From the NCBI GenBank assembly GCA_017609405.1, contig JAFCDZ010000001.1, positions 98,561 to 162,560 on the forward strand: a stretch of 64,000 bases of DNA, in the 5' to 3' direction. Positions 9,632-17,205 of this stretch are shown one piece after another. Position 1 is the first letter of the stretch. Each line of letters opens with the position of its first letter. Origin of the DNA: Candidatus Pacearchaeota archaeon (GTDB lineage: Archaea; Nanobdellota; Nanobdellia; Pacearchaeales; GW2011-AR1). Both the position numbers and the translations under genes were made by a program. Under the pieces are notes generated by a model that ran no database searches, was not told where the DNA came from, and saw only the letters and a program-made list of their open reading frames with translations.

Positions 9632-10110
9632 GTAAAAGAGCCCTATCAGGAGTTGTAGCAACAGTAATTTTAACAGCTCTTGCTCTAACATCAATAAGTA
9701 TAATTTACATTTATATTGAAAGAACAATAAGCCTATCAAACCAAGAGGTTTTTTGTAATAATCAAAAAATAAATGAGAATATCCGCATACTAAGAGCATG
9801 CTATTTATCAGATAATGAATTACTTGTTATTGTTAAAAAAACAAGCCAAGATACAAAACTGATGAGATTCATATTCTCAAATAAAACAAATGAAGCAATA
9901 TTTGAAATGAAGAATAAAAAGTGTCTTGACATAAGAGAAAAAAATAGTGAATATGGAAAAGAGTGTATTATTAATTTCAATGGGATTAAAAAATATGTAT
10001 TTAATATTGAAAAAGGATATACAAAAGTGAATTTAGAAGAGGAATTTGAAAATAATGAAAAACCTTGCTTCATGTCAAGTAAAAATATTGAAAAAACATG
10101 TGAATCTTAA
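9628..10110 (+). CDS. archaeal pilin-like protein (class III signal peptide)
   Basis: N-terminus MSKRALSGVVATVILTALALTSI matches the archaeal flagellin/pilin N-terminal pattern (KRA, then a hydrophobic helix). Confidence 0.55.
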   Translation: MSKRALSGVVATVILTALALTSISIIYIYIERTISLSNQEVFCNNQKINENIRILRACYLSDNELLVIVKKTSQDTKLMRFIFSNKTNEAIFEMKNKKCLDIREKNSEYGKECIINFNGIKKYVFNIEKGYTKVNLEEEFENNEKPCFMSSKNIEKTCES

Positions 10111-10148
10111 AAAGAAAGAAATTTAAACTAAAAAACACTAAAAAGAGT

Positions 10149-10487
10149 ATGGAACAAGAGATGCCTTTTCAGAATTCTTATATAGGAGCTTCTACAAGAG
10201 AGTTAGAGGAAAAGATAAGAGTTTTAAGAGATAGAGTAATTCTATTCGGAAAGAATCTTGTAGAAACAAAAAAAGAATTAAGAGAAGAAATTATAGAATT
10301 AAGAAAAGATTTAGAAACAATGAAAGAAGACATAAAAAAACTTGTAAGATTTTTAGAAACAGCCTCTGCTGAGTTCTCAAAATTTGCTAGGAAAGAAGAG
10401 GTTGAAACTTTAATAAAACAAGCAAAAATGTTCCAACCATTAGAATTTGTAAGGAGGGATGAATTAAAAGAGCTATTAAAAAAATAA
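10149..10487 (+). CDS. hypothetical coiled-coil protein
   Basis: 112-aa ORF rich in E/K/L heptads, immediately upstream of 10489..11187. Confidence 0.5.
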   Translation: MEQEMPFQNSYIGASTRELEEKIRVLRDRVILFGKNLVETKKELREEIIELRKDLETMKEDIKKLVRFLETASAEFSKFARKEEVETLIKQAKMFQPLEFVRRDELKELLKK

Positions 10488-10488
10488 G

Positions 10489-11187
10489 ATGGGCTTAGTA
10501 GATACAGTAATACAAATGAAACAACAAGGAATGAATGATTCTCAAATAGTCCAATCCTTGCAAGAACAAGGAATAAGTCCAAAAGAAATAAGTGATGCAA
10601 TAAATCAGGCAAACATAAAAACAACATTAAATGAATTGCCTCCTGAAGGAGATATGCAATCTTCAATAATGGACCAAGCACCTGCACCAACACCTCAACA
10701 AGAAGTTCCAGTTCCGGCACCTCAACAAGAACAAACTCCAGAGCAGTATCCTCAAAACTATCAAGAGCAATATCCTCAAGAAACACAACAATATAACTAT
10801 GATTATTCTCAAGGAGATTATTATCAACAATACCCTCAACAAGAAAATATGGGATTAGGAACAGATACTATAATGGAATTAGCAGAACAAGTGTTTGAAG
10901 AAAAATCAAAAAAAATTGAAAAAGAAATAGACAACCTAAAATATTTTGAATCAACAATAAAACCAAAAATAGAGCAAATTGATGAGAGATTAAGGAAAAT
11001 AGAAATGATAATTGACAAACTTCAGTTAGAGATTCTAAACAAAATCGGTTCTTATAACCAAGACCTACAAGAAATAAAAAGAGACATGAATATGATGCAG
11101 GAAAGCTTTGGAAAAATGGTAAATCCTCTTGCAAAATTAGCAACAGAAAAACAAACTAAAAGAACAACAAGAAAAAAGAAAAAATAA
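10489..11187 (+). CDS. hypothetical protein: small helical N-domain, Q/P-rich linker, C-terminal coiled coil
   Basis: 232-aa ORF. The antisense ORF 10178..10786 is a low-complexity shadow. Confidence 0.55.
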   Translation: MGLVDTVIQMKQQGMNDSQIVQSLQEQGISPKEISDAINQANIKTTLNELPPEGDMQSSIMDQAPAPTPQQEVPVPAPQQEQTPEQYPQNYQEQYPQETQQYNYDYSQGDYYQQYPQQENMGLGTDTIMELAEQVFEEKSKKIEKEIDNLKYFESTIKPKIEQIDERLRKIEMIIDKLQLEILNKIGSYNQDLQEIKRDMNMMQESFGKMVNPLAKLATEKQTKRTTRKKKK

Positions 11188-11211
11188 AAATAAGATATAA
11201 AAAATTAAGAA

Positions 11212-11817
11212 CTATTTTTTCTTTTTGCCATTATTATTTCCTACAGCAGATCTTAGAAGATTTAATAAAACAGATTCTGTATCGTCACTATTCAATTTAT
11301 AATTATTACTCCCAGAAGCTATAGCTGCAATAATGACAACTAATAAGAATACAACACCTAAAGTTAACTGCCAGTTGTAAGGTAATCCAAAACCAAAATT
11401 ATAACCAACAGCATTTGAAGTAGATACTAAAATAACTATTAAAATTATTGTACCAATTCCCAAAAGAACATAAGTAAATGTAGAAACACTGGTATCAATA
11501 AACATAGCTAAGAAAAGTAATAAGACAAAAATCACTAAAATACCAATACCAACTCTTGGAAAAAATTCGGATGTAAATCTCGGAACAAAATCAAATTGAA
11601 GAGATAATAAAGCAAGCATAAAAGCTATCAAAGCATGAATTGTATTATTTCTAAATAAATTAGTAACTGAAAGAATACCATATATTATAAGAAAAATTAA
11701 TAAAAATGGAAAAGCATAAGAAAAAAGACCATAATCGCTCCAAGTTGATAAAACCTGGCCTAAAGCAGTTCCGTCAAAATAAGAATATCCTGCTAAGATA
11801 AGGTTAGTCATCACCAT
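11212..11817 (-). CDS. polytopic membrane protein
   Basis: 201 aa with at least 5 hydrophobic segments. Last gene of the PRC-barrel/membrane string. Confidence 0.6.
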   Translation of the reverse strand: MVMTNLILAGYSYFDGTALGQVLSTWSDYGLFSYAFPFLLIFLIIYGILSVTNLFRNNTIHALIAFMLALLSLQFDFVPRFTSEFFPRVGIGILVIFVLLLFLAMFIDTSVSTFTYVLLGIGTIILIVILVSTSNAVGYNFGFGLPYNWQLTLGVVFLLVVIIAAIASGSNNYKLNSDDTESVLLNLLRSAVGNNNGKKKK

Positions 11818-11877
11818 ATTTTTTTAAAGAAATTATGATTTAAATATGTTTCTTTTTTTTTAGGAAGAGATTAAAAA

Positions 11878-12402
11878 TTAATCGCTGTCTCCAGAATCAC
11901 TACCTCCTTCAGAACCCCCTCCCCCGGATTTAAGAACAACAATTAATCCAATAACTAAAATAGCAAGCATCAAAGCATTTGTCCAAAAAGTCTTACTCCA
12001 AGATTGAGTAAAAAGATATTTTATTGGCTCAAAACCAAGTCCAGAAGCCCAGAAAACAGCAACAATAACTGCTAAAAGAATTACAATACCCCCAATCCAT
12101 CTTAAAGTATTGTCTGTAACTTTTGGCTCATCACCTATTAAAAACCCCCAAAGTAAAAAGCCAACAAATATAACCATAGAAGCTACAACAACAAATAATA
12201 CAAGATTATTAACAATCTGTGTTGGGCGAACTGCAATAACAAAAATAAGAGATAAAATCAAAGCAGTCCAGGAATTTAAAGAAGTTCTACCTGAACCAAG
12301 AATTTTTGTCTTCTCAAGAATAGCAAAAAGTATAAAGAACATTAAAATAAAAGGCAATAGAAAATCCTTAAAAATCCCTGCTTGAAAAATTATGTCTGCC
12401 AT
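11878..12402 (-). CDS. polytopic membrane protein
   Basis: 174 aa with 4-5 hydrophobic segments and a G/S/D-rich tail. It starts 1 nt after the PRC-barrel gene stop. Confidence 0.6.
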   Translation of the reverse strand: MADIIFQAGIFKDFLLPFILMFFILFAILEKTKILGSGRTSLNSWTALILSLIFVIAVRPTQIVNNLVLFVVVASMVIFVGFLLWGFLIGDEPKVTDNTLRWIGGIVILLAVIVAVFWASGLGFEPIKYLFTQSWSKTFWTNALMLAILVIGLIVVLKSGGGGSEGGSDSGDSD

Positions 12403-12403
12403 T

Positions 12404-12691
12404 TTAGATTAGGTCCTCAGCAGTTTCTTCAGATTCTTCCTGAACAGGAGGAGAAGAGGGTAAAAAGTTTTTATTAATTATACAAATATCGCTCATTGCT
12501 CTAATAAATTGATGAGGAATAATAACCCCTCTTGCACCATTTAATAAAGGAATAACCTCTCCAGAAAGCCTTATCCTCCATCCATCAATTCTATTTTCCC
12601 CTAAATTAGCTTCCTCTATAGTTCCAAAATAGTCTCCAGAGTCTGTATAAACTTTAATTCCAACAACATCAGTAATTCTTTTTACATTCAT
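12404..12691 (-). CDS. PRC-barrel domain protein
   Basis: ITDVVGIKVYTDSGDYFGTIEEANL...IDGWRI pattern is typical of small archaeal PRC-barrel proteins. Confidence 0.7.
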   Translation of the reverse strand: MNVKRITDVVGIKVYTDSGDYFGTIEEANLGENRIDGWRIRLSGEVIPLLNGARGVIIPHQFIRAMSDICIINKNFLPSSPPVQEESEETAEDLI

Positions 12692-12775
12692 ACTAAAATT
12701 AGAAAAAATGCATTTAAATAATTTTCTAAAACAAAGATTCGATAATTTAATAAATAAATAAATTTTAAGAAGATT

Positions 12776-13402
12776 ATGAAAAAAAGAGATGTCATTTTAA
12801 TAATTACTGCCTCAATCATCCTTGGATTCTCTATTCAAAGGCCAGAAGGAATTTATAATTTATTAATTAATTCTCTAAAAGCATTAATTATTATTTTAGT
12901 AAATATCGTTGCTAAAGACATAACTGCATATTATTTTGATGGTGAACTTGAATTAGATTTATTTAGTAAAAAAATAGAAAAAAAGAATATTGATAGGAAG
13001 AAAAAGAAAAATATCCAAATAATACCCCTTGGAATAATTCTCCCTCCTTTCCTTTCAATATGGAGCAACTGGAATATAACTTGGCTTGCCCCCCTAACCT
13101 TTGATGTAAAAAGAACCCCTTTCCAATCTTCAAGAAGACATGGATTAGACAAATATTATGATATAAGTGAATATCACATTGGATTAACTGCAGCAGCAGG
13201 AATAATTGCAAATATAATTTTAGGAGTTCTATTATATAATCTAAATTATCCAAATATTGCAAAACTAAGCATTTACTTTGCAATGTTTAATATGATTCCT
13301 TTCTTTGGATTAGATGGAGAAAAGATATTATTTGGAAGCAAAATAATTTGGAAAATAACAACAGCAATAACAGTAATAGCTGTTCTCGCAACATTAATAT
13401 AA
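12776..13402 (+). CDS. M50 (site-2 protease)-like membrane protein lacking the HExxH motif
   Basis: FNMIPFFGLDGEKIL matches the M50 NxxPxxxLDG motif. The expected HExxH position reads AKDITAYY. Confidence 0.55.
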   Translation: MKKRDVILIITASIILGFSIQRPEGIYNLLINSLKALIIILVNIVAKDITAYYFDGELELDLFSKKIEKKNIDRKKKKNIQIIPLGIILPPFLSIWSNWNITWLAPLTFDVKRTPFQSSRRHGLDKYYDISEYHIGLTAAAGIIANIILGVLLYNLNYPNIAKLSIYFAMFNMIPFFGLDGEKILFGSKIIWKITTAITVIAVLATLI

Positions 13403-13404
13403 TT

Positions 13405-14952
13405 ATGGAAGAGATAAAGAGATTCTTAAAAGGAATAGAGCCAAGAGAGTATCAACGAGAAATTTTTAAAACATGCAAAGCAAAAAATTGCTTAGTTGTA
13501 CTTCCAACAGGATTAGGAAAAACCCTAATTGCAATAATGCTAACTATTGAAAGAATGAGCAAATATCCTGGAGAAAAAGTGTTAATGCTTGCTCCAACAA
13601 AGCCTCTTGTAGAACAGCACAAAAAAGCATTTGAAAAATATCTTCCAGAATTATTTGGAGATATACAGCTTTTCACAGGAAAAATAAAAGCAGAAAAAAG
13701 AAAAGAGATATGGGAAAAAGCAGACATAATAATATCAACCCCCCAATGTATTGCAAATGATTTAAAAAAGAATCTTTACTCTCTCGAGGATGTGTGTCTA
13801 TTAATTGAAGATGAAGCCCACAGGTGTGTAAAAAATTACGATTATACATATATTGCAAAGAGATATAATGAGCAATCAAAACACAAAAGAATCATCGGAT
13901 TAACTGCTTCTCCTGGAAGCGAACAAAAAAAGATAAAAGAGATTTGTAGAAATTTGTTAATTGAAGAAGTTGAATTAAGGACAAGAGAAAGCAAAGATGT
14001 AAAACAATATCTCCAAGAGCTTGAATTTGAAAAAATACCTGTAGAGTTTCCAAGAGAATTCAAAGAAATAAAAAAACTCCTTGAGTCAATATTAAACAAC
14101 TATATTCATGATTTAGAAAACAGAAAAGTCTTATTCGCCCCCCCTACAAAAACTGAATTATTAAAAGTCCAAAAGAGAATCTCCAATTTACTAAATGAAA
14201 AGTGGAACTGGAACTATATCCATGCGTTATCTTCTTGTGCGCAAGCAATAAGGCTTCAGCACGCTGTTGAACTTTTAGAAACCCAGTCATTAGAAAGCTT
14301 TGCTAAATATTTAGAAAAACTCTTCAAACAAGCAAGAGAGGGAAAAAGCAAAGGGATAAAACAGCTTGTTTCAATTCCTGATTTTAATAAAGCATACATT
14401 CTGGCAAAAGAACTCTTACTAAAAAACAGGGAGCATCCAAAAATAGAAAAATTAAAAGAGATTCTTGAGAAAAAAGATAAAAAAGATAAAATAATAATTT
14501 TTACCCAATTTAGAGATACAATAAACAAGATTGTAAAAGAAATAAATAAAATTACAGGAATAAAGGCAAAAAAATTTGTTGGACAGGCAGGTGAAGAAGG
14601 GATGAAACAGCAAGAGCAAAAAAAGATTATTGAAGAATTTGCAGAAGGAAAAATAAATGTCTTATGTTCAACAAGCATTGGTGAAGAGGGTTTAGATATA
14701 CCTGAAGTAAAAACAGTTATTTTTTATGAACCCATACCCTCTGCAATAAGAAAGATACAGAGGGCAGGAAGAACTGCTAGACTAAATAAAGGAGAACTAT
14801 TAATTTTAATAACAAAAGAAACAAGAGATGAAGCATTTTATTATGTATCAAAAGCAAGAGAGAGAAAAATGCACAAAACAATCTCAAGGATAAAAGAAGA
14901 TTTATCAAATAAAAAAATGAATACAAAAGAAAAACAAGAGATATTGGGATAA
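13405..14952 (+). CDS. hef: Hef/FANCM-type SF2 helicase (helicase-only, no nuclease domain)
   Basis: EPREYQREIF, VLPTGLGKT, IEDEAHRC (DEAH), TASPG and QRAGRTAR motifs. Start moved to MEEIKRFL at 13405, 3 nt after the upstream stop. Confidence 0.8.
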   Translation: MEEIKRFLKGIEPREYQREIFKTCKAKNCLVVLPTGLGKTLIAIMLTIERMSKYPGEKVLMLAPTKPLVEQHKKAFEKYLPELFGDIQLFTGKIKAEKRKEIWEKADIIISTPQCIANDLKKNLYSLEDVCLLIEDEAHRCVKNYDYTYIAKRYNEQSKHKRIIGLTASPGSEQKKIKEICRNLLIEEVELRTRESKDVKQYLQELEFEKIPVEFPREFKEIKKLLESILNNYIHDLENRKVLFAPPTKTELLKVQKRISNLLNEKWNWNYIHALSSCAQAIRLQHAVELLETQSLESFAKYLEKLFKQAREGKSKGIKQLVSIPDFNKAYILAKELLLKNREHPKIEKLKEILEKKDKKDKIIIFTQFRDTINKIVKEINKITGIKAKKFVGQAGEEGMKQQEQKKIIEEFAEGKINVLCSTSIGEEGLDIPEVKTVIFYEPIPSAIRKIQRAGRTARLNKGELLILITKETRDEAFYYVSKARERKMHKTISRIKEDLSNKKMNTKEKQEILG

Positions 14953-15110
14953 TTATTAATGTTATAGACTATTAAAAAATTTAAATTAAGTGTTGTTGAA
15001 TAAGATTTTTTAGCTACGAAAACCACATAATAAAACTTTTTATATTAAACTCTTAATAAACTAATAAAGAGAAACCAAATAGGGATTTTTAAAAATCTCT
15101 TTCAAAAGCC

Positions 15111-15120
15111 TTTTAAATAA
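15111..15120 (+). promoter_or_regulatory. TATA-box-like element upstream of tRNA-Gln
   Basis: TTTTAAATAA lies about 25 nt upstream of the tRNA 5' end and is preceded by purine-rich CAAAAGCC (BRE-like). Confidence 0.4.
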
Positions 15121-15140
15121 AACATAATTAATAAAAACAA

Positions 15141-15231
15141 AGCCCCGTAGTACAGCGGTCAAGTATACAGCCCTTTGGTCGAGAGAATCGGAAGATAGGC
15201 TGTGACCCAGGTTCGAATCCTGGCGGGGCTA
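15141..15231 (+). tRNA. tRNA-Gln(UUG) with an 18-nt intron at the canonical 37/38 position
   Basis: Hand fold. Acceptor AGCCCCG/CGGGGCT plus discriminator A; D stem GTAC/GTAT; anticodon stem CAGCC/GGCTG; loop CT-TTG-G[intron 15179-15196]A; T arm CCAGG-TTCGAAT-CCTGG. No encoded CCA. Confidence 0.85.
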
Positions 15232-15240
15232 TATCAATTC
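15214..15240 (+). repeat. direct repeat copy 1 (tRNA-Gln 3' end plus 9 nt of flank)
   Basis: CGAATCCTGGCGGGGCTATATCAATTC. 25 of 27 nt identical to 15402-15428. Confidence 0.8.
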
Positions 15241-15401
15241 TGATTCGAACCTTTAGGTTTGCTTTGACCACGCTTGGGCGAAGCAGGTCGAATATCTTTG
15301 ATATGAGGCCTATTTGGATGCGAACATAGTGAGCAGACGAATTTGATTACGAACGAAGTGAGTAAGCGTATCAGGTCGAGCTTCAGTGCTTAGGTGAGGC
15401 C
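15241..15401 (+). other. GC-enriched 161-bp insert between the tRNA-end repeats (structured RNA or remnant of an integrated element)
   Basis: Visibly more GC-rich than its surroundings. Contains hairpins GACCACGCTT-GGGCG-AAGCAGGTC and ATATC-TTT-GATAT, plus reiterated NCGAAC/GTGAG words (GCGAACATAGTGAGCAG and ACGAACGAAGTGAGTAAG). Confidence 0.4.
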
Positions 15402-15428
15402 CGAATCCTGGCAGGGCTATATTAATTC
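15402..15428 (+). repeat. direct repeat copy 2 (partial tRNA 3'-end copy, att-like)
   Basis: CGAATCCTGGCAGGGCTATATTAATTC. There is no matching 5' acceptor strand, D arm or anticodon arm upstream. Confidence 0.8.
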
Positions 15429-15496
15429 TAAAAAAAGTTCTATTTGCAGAGATTTATAAAATAAGAATCTAAAAAAATTCAACTAAACTATTGAAC

Positions 15497-15664
15497 CTAA
15501 TCAAACATCTCTCTTGGTTTAAGAAAAATGTACAGAACCAATAAAATAAAAACAATTCCGACAGCACCAAGAAGATAAAGATACCACTCTGGAATCCCTC
15601 CACTAAGAGGATTTAAATCAACTTCTGTAAGGTTCCCAAAAAGCACTCCAAAGATTCTATCCAT
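15497..15664 (-). CDS. small membrane protein (55 aa, below the track threshold)
   Basis: Own translation: MDRIFGVLFGNLTEVDLNPLSGGIPEWYLYLLGAVGIVFILLVLYIFLKPREMFD. One clear TM segment. Confidence 0.35.
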   Translation of the reverse strand: MDRIFGVLFGNLTEVDLNPLSGGIPEWYLYLLGAVGIVFILLVLYIFLKPREMFD

Positions 15665-15684
15665 AAAAGTAATTTGATTTTTAA

Positions 15685-16503
15685 TTATTTAAGGTTTTCT
15701 AAAACAAAATAAATCTCATCTCCAAACATAAATTTATCCTTTATCTGAAAATGCTTTCCAGCAAAAGCTTCAAACCATGCCCTATTTGCTCTAAAATTCT
15801 TTCTGCTCACAAGGCTCTTAGTAGCAAAACTAACTATAATCCTATCAAAAAATCTCCCAAGCTCAAGAAGAAGTTTTTTTGAATAATCCCTTCTAAGCAT
15901 TTCAAGAGAGTCAACAACTTTTAATAGAAATAAAACTCTTGGCCTACTTTGTGTGCGAATAATTTCCTTTAATTTATCTGTATTAAACAAGCTCTCATGA
16001 AAAACAATCCCTCTTAATTTATTATTTCTTAAGTAAGCATTAACTAAATCAACTAACTGGCCAACACTCTCTATTCCAATATAATTAATATTTAATCCAA
16101 TTTTTTTAAAAAAAGGGTAACTAAAACCATTAACCCCGCAACCAAAATCAAAAATATTTATTTTTTTGTTTCCAAAATCCTGTAGTGTTCTCCTATAAAG
16201 TTGTTTATAATATGGAAGCCTTTCTCTTGTAGAGAGATGCTTTTTCAAATACCAATTAGGCTCTTTTAGATTCTCCAGGTTCCTATTTTTCAAAAGTTTG
16301 TTGCTTGAAAAAACTGAAAAAACCTTCCTTAACAGATCTCTAGTTCTCTTTATCTTATCAACATAACTAATATTCTTTTTTTCAAAATGAGAAAATGCTA
16401 CTAAAATATCTTCTCTCTTAATTTTTGAAAATTCTTTTTTCTTCACCACCTGCGCAATAATATCCCTATTCTTTAAAAAAACCTGTCTCATATAAAATCC
16501 CAA
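15685..16503 (-). CDS. FmrO/RmtB/ArmA-family 16S rRNA (guanine-N7) methyltransferase homologue
   Basis: Matches the recalled RmtB sequence along its length: KKHLSTRERLPYYKQLY (LHASTKERL), IFDFGCGVNGFSY (LDIACGLNPLAL), IIVSFATKSL (MAVSFPTRSL), ANRAWFE (NYAAWFE). Confidence 0.75.
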   Translation of the reverse strand: MGFYMRQVFLKNRDIIAQVVKKKEFSKIKREDILVAFSHFEKKNISYVDKIKRTRDLLRKVFSVFSSNKLLKNRNLENLKEPNWYLKKHLSTRERLPYYKQLYRRTLQDFGNKKINIFDFGCGVNGFSYPFFKKIGLNINYIGIESVGQLVDLVNAYLRNNKLRGIVFHESLFNTDKLKEIIRTQSRPRVLFLLKVVDSLEMLRRDYSKKLLLELGRFFDRIIVSFATKSLVSRKNFRANRAWFEAFAGKHFQIKDKFMFGDEIYFVLENLK

Positions 16504-16581
16504 GAAATGTTATTTTAAAATCTTTTCTAAACAAAAAACTATATTAAAAAATTATAAAAACTCTCGAGTGTAATAAAATAT

Positions 16582-17205
16582 ATGCTTTCAAAGGAACAAT
16601 TAGAACAAATAAAAAAACAGCTTTTTGAACAAATAGATAAGATTTTCCCCCCGGATAAAATAGAATTAGCAAAAAGACAAATCTCTGCAATGGATGATAA
16701 AGAATTTGAGAGCTTTCTAATAAAAAATAGATTAATTAAAGTAGAAAAAAGTGAGTCAAACAAAGATGAAAATCAAGAAAAATGCATCCCTTGCCTAATT
16801 GTTCAAGAAAAGATTCCTTCTTTTAAGATAGCAGAAGATAAAGATTCTATTGCTGTTTTAGAAATAAATCCCCTCTCAAAAGGCCATTCGCTCATAATTC
16901 CGAAACAACACATAAAATCTTTAGACCAAGCACCTGAACAAATATGGAATTTAGCAAAAAAAGTTGCAAAAAAAATCAAATCAGAACTTAAGCCAAAAGA
17001 CATAAAAATTTTTTCATCAGAGATAACCTCTCACTTCTGTATTAATGTTGTCCCTATCTATGATGGAGAAAAAGAAGAGAGAACAAAAGCAACACCTGAA
17101 GAATTAAAAGAAATGAAAAAAAAATTAGAAATAAAAGAAGAAAAAAAGAAACCAAAAAAGAAAATAACTGAAAAGAACATTTGGCTTCCTCAAAGAATCC
17201 CATAA
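16582..17205 (+). CDS. HIT-family-like protein with N-terminal coiled-coil extension and degenerate histidine triad
   Basis: CIPCLIV and IAVLEINPLSKGHSLIIPKQH match the HIT fold. The triad position reads SHFCINVVP instead of HxHxHxx. Confidence 0.6.
   Translation: MLSKEQLEQIKKQLFEQIDKIFPPDKIELAKRQISAMDDKEFESFLIKNRLIKVEKSESNKDENQEKCIPCLIVQEKIPSFKIAEDKDSIAVLEINPLSKGHSLIIPKQHIKSLDQAPEQIWNLAKKVAKKIKSELKPKDIKIFSSEITSHFCINVVPIYDGEKEERTKATPEELKEMKKKLEIKEEKKKPKKKITEKNIWLPQRIP

Noticed and set aside
10178-10786. 202-aa minus-strand ORF
   Set aside because: It is an antisense shadow of two well-formed plus-strand coiled-coil genes, with an L/F/S-rich low-complexity translation.
14256-14678. 140-aa minus-strand ORF, with other short ORFs inside 13452..14099
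   Set aside because: They are antisense to the Hef-type helicase gene, which has all SF2 motifs.
15380-15428. Possible second tRNA gene or split-tRNA 3' half ending in CCTGGCAGGGCTA
   Set aside because: I could not find a complementary 5' acceptor strand (AGCCCTG or G-U variants), a D arm or an anticodon arm upstream. The T stem is also disrupted (TGAGG/CCTGG). I treat it as a partial repeat; a trans-spliced half is not formally excluded.
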